DNA of 64,000 nt from Deltaproteobacteria bacterium (GTDB lineage: Bacteria; Myxococcota_A; Polyangia; Fen-1088), in contig JANRKS010000034.1 in assembly GCA_033763315.1 (NCBI GenBank), forward strand, positions 128,001 to 192,000, written 5' to 3'. The notes under the pieces are model-generated. The model saw only the letters and a list, made by a program, of their open reading frames with translations. It was not told the origin of the DNA and did not search any database. Position 1 is the stretch's first letter, and every line of letters starts with the position of its first letter. Positions 47,813 to 60,565 of the stretch are shown here, piece after piece. The translations under genes were made by a program, and so were the position numbers.

Positions 47813-50512
47813 ATGGCCTTTACAGGTTCATCCTCGTCGCCGTCCGAATGGATTGCAGCACGCGTCAAACAGGCGCGCAATGCAGCGGAGGAGAACCAAC
47901 GCGCGGGCAAAGATGGGGTGGCCTTATCGACCGAGCTGACCGCCGCCCTAGATGAGGTGGTGATCACCGTGGCAAACCAGCACCTGCGGCACTCAGGCAT
48001 CACCTCTGGTGTCGCCGTAATGGCCACGGGAGGCTATGGGCGAGGAGAATGGGCCCCTTATTCCGACCTGGATTTGGTGTTTTTGTGTGCCGAAAGCCCC
48101 GACGCCAATGTTGCGACGTTTGCCAGCGCGGTTCTGCACGACCTGTGGGATGCCCGCTTGGACGCTGGGCATGCCACCCGTTCGATCGCCGACACGCATG
48201 AATTGGCCGAATCGGACCTAACTGTGGCCACGGCTATGCTGGACGCCCGCTTTTTGACGGGCGACCAGGGGTTGGCGAAGGACTTCATCGCGGGCTTCGT
48301 GGCGCGCGCGGGGGCGCAAGGCCAGGGAAACCTCGTGGAACGGCTGCGCCAGGAACAAACCAGCCGCCATTCGAAATTCGGCGACACCATTTTTCTATTG
48401 GAGCCTGACCTTAAAAGCGGGCCCGGCGGCATTCGCGACCTGTGCATTGGGCGGTGGGCGGCTCATGCGCGGTTTGGCACCGCCGACTTTCGGCAGCTGC
48501 ACGACCTCGGCGAGTTGACCTTGCGCCAATGTCAGGCGCTGCAAAGCGCCCGTGAGTGGTTTTTGAATGTGCGCATCGCTGTGCAGTTGGCAGCGCGCCG
48601 CAAGCAAGACCAGCTGCGCTTCGACATTCAAGAGCGCGTGGCGCCGATCTGGTTCAAAGGGCCCAAAACCCCGTCGGGCGCCCCCGCGGTGAAGCCAGGC
48701 GTTTCGGCTGCGGTGGAGGGCTTGATGCGCCAATACCAGTTGCACGCGCGTGCGGTGTCGCGTGAGACCGAACGCCTGATGCAGCGGGCGGCATTGGATC
48801 CAAACCACGAGCCCACGATCATCCCTGTGTCGTTGCGGTCGATGAAGGGCCGCGTCGATCCAAACTTCGTCATCCGCGACGGTCGCATCGAAGTGATGGA
48901 TCCCAAAGCCTTCGTGGAACGCCCCTCCGAGATGATCAGGGTGTTTTCCGTGGGCATCGAGCTGGGGCTGGACGTGGGCTTGCGTACCACGGACCTCATC
49001 TCCGAGTTGTGTGCCGAACGGCCCTTGGCGGTGCAAACCGATCCCAATTCGGGTGCGGCGTTTCTTGAAATTCTGACTGACACGCGCGACAAGAAGAACC
49101 CTTCGCGGCTTGAGCAGATGCAGGATCTTGGCTTACTGACGGCCTTGATGCCCGAGTGGGCACCGGTTACGGGCCGTGTTCAACACGACACCTACCATGT
49201 GTACACGGTCGATCGACATTCGCTGTACGCCGTGGCCTTGTTGAAGACGTTGGCGCGGCGGGAAATGATCGACGAATACCCGCGCGCCACACAGGAGATG
49301 GCGTTCATCGAGCGGCACATCCCGCTTTATGTGGCGACGTTACTGCATGACATCGCGAAGCCGGTGGGCAACAACCACAGTTTGCGTGGCGTGCCTATCG
49401 CGTCCGCCATCGCCCGCCGTTTGGGCCTCTCAGACGACGACGTTGCGCTCGTGGAGTTGTTGGTGCGTGAGCATTTGACGCTTGGGCACGTGTCGCAGCG
49501 CCGCGATCTAAGCGACCCTTCAACGATCGAGAAAACGGCCGAGTTGGCCGGCGACGAAGAGACGCTACGCCAGTTGTTCTTGTTGACGTTTGTGGATCTT
49601 TATTGCGTGGGTCCGGGCAACCTCACCAGTTGGAAAGACGAACTGCTGCGGGAGTTGTTTGAGCGTTCGTTCTCATTCATGCGCCACGGCGCGGGTGTGT
49701 GGTCGGAGCAAATGCAAGAGCGCGTGCGCGACCGCAAAAGCAAAGCCAAATCTAAGCTATCTGAGCACATGCCCGAGCAAGAGGTGGATTCGTTGTTTGC
49801 GGGTTTGCCCGAGCGTTACTTCATCGAAAACTCGGTTTTTCGCATCACGCAGCAACCGCGTTTGCTGCGCGCCCGCAAGGGGGCTTGCGCCGTTGATTTC
49901 GTTCACCACCCCCGCCGGCAGTATTCCGAAATGGTGTTGGTGGCCGACGACGTCCCGGGTTTGTTGGCAACCGTGACGGGCGTGTTGTTCGCCAACCGCA
50001 TCGATATTTTGGACGCCGCGATTTACAGCCGCGAGGCTGTGAACGAGGGCGAAGTCGCGGAAGCTTTGGACGTGTTTCGCATTCGGCGCGCGTTTCATGG
50101 CGCCGTGACGGACGACGCGCGGCTTGAATCGATCCGGCGTGATTTGCTGGCGACCCTTGAAGGGCGCCGCAGCGTGAAAGAGTTGGTGGCGTCGCGGCCC
50201 GCCACGTCTTCCATTCTTGAAGGCCCGCGGCCCAAAGTGCCGCCCACCGAGGTCAAGGTTCACAACAACATCACTCCGAATCACACGGTGATCGATGTGT
50301 TCACCGAAGATCGACCCGGTGTGCTCTACACAATCGCCGACATTCTCTACACGCAGCGGCTCGACATCCAGCGCTCTAAGGTGGGTGTTGAAGCCGATCG
50401 CGTCGCGGATATCTTCTATGTTCGTGACAGCGCCACGCGCGGGCAATTGACCGATCCGGTGCGAATCGCGCAGCTCATCGACACCTTGAAGGCCGCGCTG
50501 CACCGGCCCTGA
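47813..50512 (+). CDS. glnD: [protein-PII] uridylyltransferase/uridylyl-removing enzyme
   Basis: GGYGR.E..PYSD.DL, LEPD.K..PGG.RD, YH.YTVD.H, LLHDIAK, two ACT domains. Confidence 0.95.
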   Translation: MAFTGSSSSPSEWIAARVKQARNAAEENQRAGKDGVALSTELTAALDEVVITVANQHLRHSGITSGVAVMATGGYGRGEWAPYSDLDLVFLCAESPDANVATFASAVLHDLWDARLDAGHATRSIADTHELAESDLTVATAMLDARFLTGDQGLAKDFIAGFVARAGAQGQGNLVERLRQEQTSRHSKFGDTIFLLEPDLKSGPGGIRDLCIGRWAAHARFGTADFRQLHDLGELTLRQCQALQSAREWFLNVRIAVQLAARRKQDQLRFDIQERVAPIWFKGPKTPSGAPAVKPGVSAAVEGLMRQYQLHARAVSRETERLMQRAALDPNHEPTIIPVSLRSMKGRVDPNFVIRDGRIEVMDPKAFVERPSEMIRVFSVGIELGLDVGLRTTDLISELCAERPLAVQTDPNSGAAFLEILTDTRDKKNPSRLEQMQDLGLLTALMPEWAPVTGRVQHDTYHVYTVDRHSLYAVALLKTLARREMIDEYPRATQEMAFIERHIPLYVATLLHDIAKPVGNNHSLRGVPIASAIARRLGLSDDDVALVELLVREHLTLGHVSQRRDLSDPSTIEKTAELAGDEETLRQLFLLTFVDLYCVGPGNLTSWKDELLRELFERSFSFMRHGAGVWSEQMQERVRDRKSKAKSKLSEHMPEQEVDSLFAGLPERYFIENSVFRITQQPRLLRARKGACAVDFVHHPRRQYSEMVLVADDVPGLLATVTGVLFANRIDILDAAIYSREAVNEGEVAEALDVFRIRRAFHGAVTDDARLESIRRDLLATLEGRRSVKELVASRPATSSILEGPRPKVPPTEVKVHNNITPNHTVIDVFTEDRPGVLYTIADILYTQRLDIQRSKVGVEADRVADIFYVRDSATRGQLTDPVRIAQLIDTLKAALHRP

Positions 50513-50538
50513 GCCACCCCTGGTGGTATGCTGCGGCG

Positions 50539-51579
50539 ATGTTCATCGCTGTCTTTGTGACGCTGTTGGCGGTTGCCAGTCCCGAGTTCGTGAACAGGCT
50601 TGAAGCCGGGCGGGCGTTGTTCAACGCCGGCAAGACGGGCGAAGCGCTCAAAGCTTTCGACGATGCGGCCAAGCTCGCGCCGGAAAACGCCAGCGTTCAC
50701 TACTTTCGTGGCGTCGCGCTGGAAAAGCAGGGTAAGAACGCAGAAGCTTTGGCCGCCTACCGTCGCGCCGTGGCGCTGGAACCAAAGTTCGCGGAGGCAC
50801 AAAACAATCTGGGTGGCCTGCTGTTGGCGGACGGCCACGTGGATGCGGCTGCCGCGGCGTTCAAGGCGGCGGTGGCGGCGAAACCACAAAACGCCCGCGC
50901 TCAATACAACCTTGGGGTTTGCTTTGAACGTCAGAACAACAACAATGCGGCGCTGCTTGCCTATGAAAAGGCGCTCAAGCTCGATCCGCGCGACGGCCAG
51001 ACGGCGCTCAACCTAGGGGTGGCCCAGCGGCGGGCAGGGCAGGCGGATAAAGCCTTGGCCACGTTGAAAACGGCAACGCAACTGGCACCCAAGGAGCCGC
51101 AGGCGTGGATCAATTGGGGATTGGCCTTGTCCGACGCGAACCGGTTTGATGAAGCCCAGTCCTCTTTAACCAAGGCGACCGCGTTGGCTCCAGCCTCAGC
51201 AGCCGCGTGGCACGCGTTGGGCCGCATCGAGTGGAAACGCAAGCGACACAACGAATCGGTGGCGGCGTTGTCGAAGGCGGCCGAATTGGAGCCGAAATCG
51301 CCCGTCATCGCTGCCGACCGATGCCAGTCGCAGGCGGCCAAAGCGCCGGATGCCGAGGCGGAGCGTGTGTGTGAGGCGGCATGTGCGCTGGATCCAAAGG
51401 CGCCGTTGCCCCGGTATGTGTTGTTGAAGCTGAAAGCCGCCGCTGGCAATTGCGCCGCGGCAAAACAGTCATTGGCGGTCTTGCTCAAACAACCTGGCCT
51501 CTCGGAGCGGGTCAAAACTGGCGCGCAAGCGCTGGCCGATGGCTGCGTGCCGGCCAAGGCGGCCCCCGTTCGGCGCTGA
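50539..51579 (+). CDS. exported TPR-repeat protein
   Basis: signal peptide; repeated A..NLG...A.L.P TPR units; Cys-rich C-terminus. Confidence 0.85.
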   Translation: MFIAVFVTLLAVASPEFVNRLEAGRALFNAGKTGEALKAFDDAAKLAPENASVHYFRGVALEKQGKNAEALAAYRRAVALEPKFAEAQNNLGGLLLADGHVDAAAAAFKAAVAAKPQNARAQYNLGVCFERQNNNNAALLAYEKALKLDPRDGQTALNLGVAQRRAGQADKALATLKTATQLAPKEPQAWINWGLALSDANRFDEAQSSLTKATALAPASAAAWHALGRIEWKRKRHNESVAALSKAAELEPKSPVIAADRCQSQAAKAPDAEAERVCEAACALDPKAPLPRYVLLKLKAAAGNCAAAKQSLAVLLKQPGLSERVKTGAQALADGCVPAKAAPVRR

Positions 51580-51650
51580 AGCGATCGAAAGCAGACCGAA
51601 TCGTTTGCCTACCGTTCATGACGCTTGCAGGTGAAAACCCACCTGTATAG

Positions 51651-53129
<1,479 letters not shown>

Positions 53130-53183
53130 TGATCGTGCCTGGGTTTATTGTCAGTTGATCCCTCGATTCGCGGCCGGCCGTTT

Positions 53184-54728
53184 ATGTCAAAGCAAAGCAT
53201 CCTAATCTTAGATTTCGGTTCTCAGTTCACGCAGTTGATTGCCCGGCGCGTTCGCGAGCAGAAGGTTTACTGCGAGATTCATCCTTTCAACCTGTCGCTC
53301 GACAAGATTCGTGCGATGGCGCCCACAGGCATCGTGTTTTCTGGCGGTCCCTCGTCGGTGTACGACGACACAGCTCCGAAGATTGATGCGGAGATCTTCA
53401 AGCTGGGCCTTCCCATTCTCGGGATCTGCTACGGCGTGCAAGTCACGTCTTTCATGCTGGGCGGCAAGGTGGCGCGTGCCGAGCATCGTGAATACGGCCG
53501 CGCCCAAGTTGAACTCAAGGGCGACAGCGAGCTGTTTGCCGGCTTCGGCGCCAACGAGCACATGTCTGTGTGGATGAGCCATGGCGACCGCATCGAAGCT
53601 TTGCCCGAAGGCTTTCGCGTCATTGGTACCAATCCAAGTTGCCCCGCGGCCGCGGTGGAAGCACCGCACCTTAAATTTTGGGGCGTGCAGTTTCACCCCG
53701 AGGTGGTGCACACCCCGCGCGGGGGCGAGCTGATCTCGAACTTTCTATTCCGTATCTGCCGCTGTGAGCCCACGTGGACGATGGCCAACTTTGTCGATGA
53801 AGCCATCGCGACCGTGCGCAAACAAGTGGGCACATCGCGAGCGATCTGCGGCTTGTCAGGTGGCGTGGATTCCTCCGTGGCCGCGGCCCTTGTGCACAAG
53901 GCGATCGGCGATCAGTTGACCTGCATCTTCGTGGACAACGGCTTGCTTCGCAAAGGTGAGCGGGCGCAGGTGGAATCCTTGTTTCGCGATGCCTTTCACA
54001 TGGATTTGCGCGTGGTCGACGCCGCCGAGCGGTTTTTGTCGGCGCTAGCGGGTGTCACCGAGCCGGAGCAAAAGCGCAAGATCATCGGCCGTGAGTTCAT
54101 CGCTGTGTTCGATGAAGAAGCGCGTAAGTTGGGCGGCGCGGATTTCTTGGTGCAGGGCACGCTTTACCCGGATGTGATCGAGTCGGTCTCGCACAAGGGC
54201 CCATCGGCCACGATCAAGTCGCATCACAACGTGGGCGGCTTGCCTGAGCGGATGAAGCTCAAGCTGACCGAGCCATTGCGCGAGCTCTTCAAAGATGAAG
54301 TGCGGGCGCTTGGTGAAGAGGTGGGCCTGCCGCACCACGTGTTGTGGCGTCAACCCTTTCCGGGTCCGGGCTTGGCCGTTCGCGTTTTGGGCGAAGTCAC
54401 CGAAGAGCGTTGCGAAGTGCTGCGTGAAGCCGACGCAATCATTGACGAAGAGATTCGCGCTGCGGGCCTCTATGAATCGATTTGGCAATCCTTCGGTGTT
54501 TTGCTTCCGGTGAAAACCGTGGGCGTGATGGGAGATGAACGGACCTACGCCGACGTGTTGGCGATCAGGGCCGTGCACTCCAAAGACGGGATGACGGCCG
54601 ATTGGGTGCCGTTGCCCTATGACGTGCTCGGCAAGATGTCATCGCGCATTGTCAACGAGGTGCGAGGCGTAAACCGCGTGGTGTACGACGTCTCGTCCAA
54701 GCCACCGGCAACGATTGAATGGGAGTGA
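53184..54728 (+). CDS. guaA: GMP synthase (glutamine-hydrolysing)
   Basis: [43 protein letters not shown]. Confidence 0.98.
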   Translation: MSKQSILILDFGSQFTQLIARRVREQKVYCEIHPFNLSLDKIRAMAPTGIVFSGGPSSVYDDTAPKIDAEIFKLGLPILGICYGVQVTSFMLGGKVARAEHREYGRAQVELKGDSELFAGFGANEHMSVWMSHGDRIEALPEGFRVIGTNPSCPAAAVEAPHLKFWGVQFHPEVVHTPRGGELISNFLFRICRCEPTWTMANFVDEAIATVRKQVGTSRAICGLSGGVDSSVAAALVHKAIGDQLTCIFVDNGLLRKGERAQVESLFRDAFHMDLRVVDAAERFLSALAGVTEPEQKRKIIGREFIAVFDEEARKLGGADFLVQGTLYPDVIESVSHKGPSATIKSHHNVGGLPERMKLKLTEPLRELFKDEVRALGEEVGLPHHVLWRQPFPGPGLAVRVLGEVTEERCEVLREADAIIDEEIRAAGLYESIWQSFGVLLPVKTVGVMGDERTYADVLAIRAVHSKDGMTADWVPLPYDVLGKMSSRIVNEVRGVNRVVYDVSSKPPATIEWE

Positions 54729-55858
54729 TCGGCCTTTGCCTTTCGGTGGGGTTATGGCTCGCCCAAACCCCCGCAGCGCCCGGCGCTTCACCCGCCGCCG
54801 AACCCGCCACCGTCACGGCCGAGGACACGGATGTGGCAGAAGTTGCCATCGTTGATGGCAACGTTGTGGGCGCCAAGAAGCGCGCTTTGGAAGAGGCGTT
54901 TCTCCACGCTGTTGATCGCGTGTTTGCCGCTGAGTTAGGCGACGCCGGCTTTGTTGAAGGTGCCGTTCCCGATGAACTCACAAAGTTCCGTGCCACATTT
55001 GCCACCAGCGCGCGCCGTTATGTTCGCAGCTACCGCGTGGTCGAGGAAGTGGAAGCGAACGGCAAGCTGAAGGTGCGGGTCGCCGCAGCCGTGGATCGGG
55101 TGTTTCTGCGGCGGCAGATCGAGAAGAGCCGCGCGGCGGTCCCCTCCGCAACCCCGGCCGCTGCAACGGCCCCCATTCAGATCGTGATTGCCGAAGGTAC
55201 GCCGGACCTCGGTGTCGCGGTGGCCAATGCCCTACGCTCAAGCGGCCTCAACGTTGTGACAGCCGAGCCATCGGGGCCCCGGGGCGAGGCCACCCGCGTG
55301 ACGGTGAAGGTGCAGGTCATCCCGCCCGAGGCGGTGAAGGGAGCAGGGCTGGTGGCTGTTCGCTGCGAGGCCACTATCGGTTTTAAGAAGCCAAATGCGT
55401 GGCTTGAATCATCGGTTCCGCGTACGGCCGAGTGGGGCTTTGCAGAGCAGGGCGCCACGGCTACCAAGGCTTGCGTGGATCGCTTGGCAACGGTGGCTTC
55501 GAGATCGCTTGTGCCTGTGCTGGCCGAATCCGTGTCACCCGTGGCGCGCAAGATGGTGACCGTGGTGCTTGACCTCGTGGAGCCACTCGCGCTCGAACGT
55601 TTTTTACGCAAGCTGCGCGCGGTGGGTGCGGTCAGCCGCTTTGAGCTGCGGCGCATTGCCGTGGGTGTGGCGGAGGTTCGCCTTGAAACCAACCTGGCGG
55701 CTCAGGCTGTTGCCACGACGCTCACGCAGGCCATGGCTGATGAACTGAGCGTGGTCGTCACCGCAGCGGCCGGTGACCGCGTGAGCTTAACGTTGCGTGT
55801 TCGCGTAGACGCCAACGCGCCCGGTGTTTTGGAAGAGGATGCGGTTGAAGGCCAGTGA
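54719..55858 (+). CDS. exported hypothetical protein (FlgT-N-like N-terminus)
   Basis: signal peptide; A.I.DGN...AK..AL..A pattern; overlaps guaA stop. Confidence 0.65.
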   Translation: MGVIGLCLSVGLWLAQTPAAPGASPAAEPATVTAEDTDVAEVAIVDGNVVGAKKRALEEAFLHAVDRVFAAELGDAGFVEGAVPDELTKFRATFATSARRYVRSYRVVEEVEANGKLKVRVAAAVDRVFLRRQIEKSRAAVPSATPAAATAPIQIVIAEGTPDLGVAVANALRSSGLNVVTAEPSGPRGEATRVTVKVQVIPPEAVKGAGLVAVRCEATIGFKKPNAWLESSVPRTAEWGFAEQGATATKACVDRLATVASRSLVPVLAESVSPVARKMVTVVLDLVEPLALERFLRKLRAVGAVSRFELRRIAVGVAEVRLETNLAAQAVATTLTQAMADELSVVVTAAAGDRVSLTLRVRVDANAPGVLEEDAVEGQ

Positions 55859-56198
55859 CGGGCAAGCGCATCGGTGCGGAGCGCCAGCCCTTTCGCTCGC
55901 GGTGGCTCTGATTGCAGCCTCGGTCGCCTGGTTTTCCGGCTGCGCCAGCTTACGGTTCGAGGGCGCGGCGGCCTTAAGGATCGATTGTGATGTGGCAGCG
56001 GCGCAGGTGTTCATCGACGACGCCTATGTGGGCCAAGCGGAGGAATGGTCAGTGGACGGGCGGCTCGTCAAGCCCGGGTTTCACCGTCTCGAGATCCGCT
56101 ATCCCGATCGCTACACGCACTATGAAGAGCTCGAGTTGGCCAAGGGCGATGCCGTTCGCGTGCGGGCAAATTTGCGGCCTGTGCTCGAGTGGATGTGA
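55839..56198 (+). CDS. PEGA-domain lipoprotein
   Basis: lipobox FSGC; A.VFIDD.YVG and PG.HRLEI PEGA pattern. Confidence 0.78.
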   Translation: MRLKASDGQAHRCGAPALSLAVALIAASVAWFSGCASLRFEGAAALRIDCDVAAAQVFIDDAYVGQAEEWSVDGRLVKPGFHRLEIRYPDRYTHYEELELAKGDAVRVRANLRPVLEWM

Positions 56199-56381
56199 AG
56201 TCCGCTCGTTACACTCTTGGCCCGCGGTTACATCCGCATGCCACGGCCCCCACACTGTCAACTCCGTGTCGCGTTCTGTTTATTCTGGTTGTTGAGGCCG
56301 GCAGCCCTCAATGTCGCGGTGGCAAGGCTGGCGGCACGTGGCCCAGAACTTGAAGTGCTGATCCTCACAAAGGATCCTTTC

Positions 56382-56642
56382 ATGCCTGCCACCAATCCGA
56401 GTCTTCCCCGTTTGCCGAACTGCCGGTCTCCCGCGGCTATGCACGAGCGCGAAGAGGTCTATTCGTTTCTCGATGTGTGGGCTGATGAAGACACGCAGGT
56501 GTCATCGCCGGTGCCAATGTCCGAGTTGGTCAACGGCGCCGGCACCGAACCTCGCAACACAAACCACCTCAAAGTTGCCGACACAGCTCAATGTGCCGAG
56601 GCACCTTGTAAGGCGCCAGATAACGGGCGCAATGCTCAATGA
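56382..56642 (+). CDS. possible small hypothetical protein
   Basis: AAAGGA SD 7 nt before ATG and a sigma54-like site upstream; overlaps the convergent gene by 74 nt. Confidence 0.35.
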   Translation: MPATNPSLPRLPNCRSPAAMHEREEVYSFLDVWADEDTQVSSPVPMSELVNGAGTEPRNTNHLKVADTAQCAEAPCKAPDNGRNAQ

Positions 56643-58089
56643 TGTCTTCGACGCGGCACGCGCTGGTGGGCACCACACGGGCCACGACCATCGGCCCCTT
56701 GTGTTCGTCGTAAACGATCCGAGCCTCCGCCTGTTTGACGAGAGCAAAGGATTCTAGGCAGCCCTCCACCTCTCCAAGGGCCACCCGGCGTCCCTCGACC
56801 CATACCAGGTCATCCTCGCGGCCTGTCACGTGCAATCGTCCGTCGACGGGATCCACGAAGCCAAGATCACCCGTGCGGAACCAGCCATCGCGATCGGTGC
56901 GCCCAATGGGGATGCCAACCGGCCCCACGGACCGAATCGCGCGCGGCAATTGCGGCACGGCGGCCGGACTTGCATTGTTGGTCTTCAGCCATAGCCGCCC
57001 CGCGACCCCCATCGGCAGCGTGGTGCCATCTTGCGAGGTCACACGGGCTTCGACACCGGGCAGGAGCCTACCGGCCATCGACTCGTCCTCAGAGACGCCC
57101 TCCAAATCCAGCGCGACGGGCCCCGTTTCGGCAGAGTGAAAAATGGGGATTAGGGCGCCATTGAACTTGGCTTTGAAAGCCGCCGAGGCGGCTCGCAGGC
57201 CGGGCGATTCGATGCAAAGGCAACGCGCCTTCGGTGTGGGGAGGGCCACGGTGATCGTCTGGCAAACGGCTGAATACTGCGCAGGCGTGCCGAGGACCAG
57301 ATCCGCGCCGTTGTCTTTCAGCAAGCGAACGAGACCTTTGGCCGAGAACTCGTCTTCAAGCACCATCGTCAGCTGACAGCCGAGCCCCAGCAGCAGGCCC
57401 ACATCGAACCCTGCGCTGTAATGAAACGGGGTGGGAATCAGGATCGTTTGCCCGGGTTGGGCATCGAGCGCGGTTCCCAAGGAGGCAGCGATGCTTTCCA
57501 GTTGGGCGTCGCTGCGAAGCACGCCCTTTGGATCGCCGCCGGCGTCTGCCGCGAACGCCACCATGGACGGCAGGCTGAGCTCGAGGTTCACGGGGGCGTG
57601 CTTATAGAAGTTCACCGTCAGCAGCGACCCGGCCAAACGCTTCTTGCTTTCAGCGACGTGCTTGGGCGTTGCCGCCTTGGTGACGTCCGTGACCCGCAAG
57701 GCCAGCGGTGTGGGCCGCGATCCTGGCCGTTGTGGCGCGGCCACAACGGGCGCCGTGCTGTTGGTGGCGGGACGGGTGACCAACGCGCGAATCGGCGCTG
57801 CTTCAAGCAGCATGTCGAGATCACGAATGCTGGTGGCGGGATCCAGCGGCACAGCGGCCGCGCCCAATCGATCCAATGCCAATGCGAGCACGACGAAATC
57901 GGGGACGTTGCCCAGCATTAGGCCCACGAGCGTGCCGGGGGTGACGCCCATCGAGCGCAGCTCTTGCGAGCGGCGTTCAACCCGGTGTTGCAGGCCGCGC
58001 CAAGACAGGTAGGCGTCCCGGTAAACCAGCGCCCTTTGACTGCCGTGGTGCCTTGCCGCCTCGTCGAGCCACTGAGAAAGAATGGGCAT
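56569..58089 (-). CDS. degenerate AMP-binding (ANL superfamily) protein
   Basis: G.PKGV, FRTGDLG, GR.DD, EVE, YKVPR present; P-loop Thr/Ser residues and A10 Lys absent. Confidence 0.82.
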   Translation of the reverse strand: MPILSQWLDEAARHHGSQRALVYRDAYLSWRGLQHRVERRSQELRSMGVTPGTLVGLMLGNVPDFVVLALALDRLGAAAVPLDPATSIRDLDMLLEAAPIRALVTRPATNSTAPVVAAPQRPGSRPTPLALRVTDVTKAATPKHVAESKKRLAGSLLTVNFYKHAPVNLELSLPSMVAFAADAGGDPKGVLRSDAQLESIAASLGTALDAQPGQTILIPTPFHYSAGFDVGLLLGLGCQLTMVLEDEFSAKGLVRLLKDNGADLVLGTPAQYSAVCQTITVALPTPKARCLCIESPGLRAASAAFKAKFNGALIPIFHSAETGPVALDLEGVSEDESMAGRLLPGVEARVTSQDGTTLPMGVAGRLWLKTNNASPAAVPQLPRAIRSVGPVGIPIGRTDRDGWFRTGDLGFVDPVDGRLHVTGREDDLVWVEGRRVALGEVEGCLESFALVKQAEARIVYDEHKGPMVVARVVPTSACRVEDIIEHCARYLAPYKVPRHIELCRQL

Positions 58090-58221
58090 ATGGAAAAACC
58101 CGGAGGGATAACGATTGTATCCTGGGGCACGGCCTTGAACAAGGCAGTAACGTACCTAATCCGAGTCCGACCCACCTTGTAGCCAAGGCGTGGCAGACGC
58201 GATAACCAGAGCGGGCGAGGG

Positions 58222-59523
58222 CTATTTTTGCGCCACCATGGGGTCTTCGCCGGCCGCTGCTGGTGAGGCCCGACGGGCGCTCCACGCGGCCAACATCTGC
58301 TGCGCGGCGAACGTGGCCTTGATGCGCCACTTGGCAGAGTTGCCAATGAGTACGGCGAAGGCCACCTCGGGTTTGTCGGCCGGAGCATAGCCGACGAACC
58401 AGCTGTAAAGCAGTTCGCCATCCGCGAGGCCGGCGGGTGGCTGTGGATCGTCGGGCCGGCCTCGGTAGTTCAACGAGCCCGTCTTGCCGGCCACACCAAA
58501 AGGCAGCAGCGGTCGGCCCCTGCCGTCAACGAATCCCGATTTGGCGGTGCCATTGCGGGTGGTGGTTTCCATCATGGCGCCCACCTCCTTGGCCACCGCC
58601 GGGTCGATCACACGGCGGGCGCGTCGGCCTGGCGCGGGCAAATCATTGCCGTGACGATCCACCGCCTTTTGAATCAGGCGCGGGCGGGGCATGAGGCCCT
58701 CGTTGGCAATGGTGGCCGCCAACAGGGCACCGTGAAGCGGCGACAAACTTGTGTGAAAAAAACCGGCGGACATGCGAGCGAACTCGAGCTTGTCGCGCGG
58801 CACATCGAGCGCGGAGGTTTCAACGGGCGCCACGAACGGCATGGGCAGACCAAACCCAAAGGCCATCGCGGTCCTCCGCATGGATAGAGCATCCAAATGC
58901 CGGGAAGCCATTTTGGCGACGATGGCGTTTTGTGATTTGCCCACGGCATACGCCAAGGTGTCGCAGGTTTTGTCCAGCGAAGGGACGTCTTTAAGATTGT
59001 CTTCGTCGATGCGGGCGAGGCCGCCGTGGTAGCAGGTCTTCGATTGCGCCGTCAGGCCACCCTCGGCCACCAGCGCTGCCGCAGAAACCACTTTGAACAC
59101 GGAGGCCGCCGGCGCCCACGCCTTAAGCGCCAGGTCTTCGGGCCCAAGCTTCGCATCCAGCGCGGACCTTCCTGACATCACCAAAACGTTGCCATCCGCC
59201 ACCGAAACCATAACGGCGGCGCCATAGGGAACGTGGAACTTATCGAAAACATCGTCGGTCGCCTTCTGCAGGGCGGGATCGATTGTGAGAACCGCCTTTC
59301 CGCCAGACCGCAAAGGTGCGACCAAGCCAGTTTCACTGGCGCTGAGCTTTGCGAGATCCAGTTCGAGCGCGGCGCCGGTGTGAGACGCTGTCGTAACGTT
59401 TGGCGTAACGCCTTGCGCGGTTCCCGCGTACAGCAGCGCCACCCCGACCAGCAGAAGCCCAGCCTGGCTGGCGCCGGGTGCGACCCGCCGAAATCCTTGA
59501 AAATGCTTCATTGTGACGCCCAT
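58222..59523 (-). CDS. penicillin-binding transpeptidase-domain protein
   Basis: ASVFK (SxxK), SQN (SxN), KTGS, SWFVGYAP; N-terminal hydrophobic segment; start uncertain. Confidence 0.88.
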   Translation of the reverse strand: MGVTMKHFQGFRRVAPGASQAGLLLVGVALLYAGTAQGVTPNVTTASHTGAALELDLAKLSASETGLVAPLRSGGKAVLTIDPALQKATDDVFDKFHVPYGAAVMVSVADGNVLVMSGRSALDAKLGPEDLALKAWAPAASVFKVVSAAALVAEGGLTAQSKTCYHGGLARIDEDNLKDVPSLDKTCDTLAYAVGKSQNAIVAKMASRHLDALSMRRTAMAFGFGLPMPFVAPVETSALDVPRDKLEFARMSAGFFHTSLSPLHGALLAATIANEGLMPRPRLIQKAVDRHGNDLPAPGRRARRVIDPAVAKEVGAMMETTTRNGTAKSGFVDGRGRPLLPFGVAGKTGSLNYRGRPDDPQPPAGLADGELLYSWFVGYAPADKPEVAFAVLIGNSAKWRIKATFAAQQMLAAWSARRASPAAAGEDPMVAQK

Positions 59524-59612
59524 GGAGCACAGTGTCTTACATGTGGTTGATGGTGTCAAAAATGCTTCACCTTTACGAGAGGGCCGTGCTGCATTACGCT
59601 GGACAATGAAAC

Positions 59613-60536
59613 TTGTCTCGGAACACTCCAAGGCGCGGAAGCGATAGCACCGACACGGATCACGTTCGGGCTAAGACCGTCGTCACCAGCATCAGCCGCA
59701 TCACCGAACGCGCTCCCGGCAAGGAAGCGTGTTTGGTGGTCATTTACGGGCAAGATCTGGGGCGAAAGTACAACTTGGAGTCGCCCACCTTGGTGCTGGG
59801 TCGGTCGTCTAAGTGCGACATTCAGATAGACCAAGAATCCGTCTCGCGCGCCCACTCTAAGATCATGAACCAGGGCAAGACCATTCGCATTCGCGACTTG
59901 GGCTCGACCAACGGTACCTACGTCAACGACGAACAGATCGAAGAGCGCACCTTGACCGATGGCGACCTGATCAAGATCGGCCGCACCATTTTCAAGTTTT
60001 TGTCGGGTGGGAATATCGAGCGCGCCTATCACGAAGAGATTTACCGTCTCACTACAGTCGACGGTCTCACGCAGATTTTCAATAAACGCTACTTTATGGA
60101 GTCTTTGGAGCGCGAGATCGCGCGTTCCAACCGATACCGGCGCGAGATGACGTTGGTCATGTTCGATATCGACCACTTCAAACAAATCAACGACACCTAC
60201 GGCCACTTGGCCGGGGACCAGGTGCTCAAGAGCCTTGCCTCCACCATCAAGGCGAAGATCCGGCGTGAGGATCTGTTCGCTCGTTATGGTGGCGAGGAGT
60301 TCGCCATCGTGCTGCCTGAAATCGACGGCTACAACGCGCAGCAGTTCGCTGAGAAGATTCGCCGGATTGTGGAGATCACCGATTTCTTCTTCGAGGGAAC
60401 GAAGATCCCGGTGACGATATCCATGGGTGTGGCCGTCTTGGACGCGGAAACCTCGGACGCGGGGGCTTTGATTAAGAAGTCAGACGAGCGTCTGTACGAG
60501 GCCAAAAAGGCCGGCCGCAACTGTGTGCGCGGTTAA
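59613..60536 (+). CDS. FHA-GGDEF diguanylate cyclase (DgcB-like)
   Basis: FHA motifs [17 protein letters not shown]; GGEEF with RxxD I-site (RED). Confidence 0.93.
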   Translation: MSRNTPRRGSDSTDTDHVRAKTVVTSISRITERAPGKEACLVVIYGQDLGRKYNLESPTLVLGRSSKCDIQIDQESVSRAHSKIMNQGKTIRIRDLGSTNGTYVNDEQIEERTLTDGDLIKIGRTIFKFLSGGNIERAYHEEIYRLTTVDGLTQIFNKRYFMESLEREIARSNRYRREMTLVMFDIDHFKQINDTYGHLAGDQVLKSLASTIKAKIRREDLFARYGGEEFAIVLPEIDGYNAQQFAEKIRRIVEITDFFFEGTKIPVTISMGVAVLDAETSDAGALIKKSDERLYEAKKAGRNCVRG

Positions 60537-60565
60537 ACCGCCGCCTTTACAGGGGGTGATCGCGC

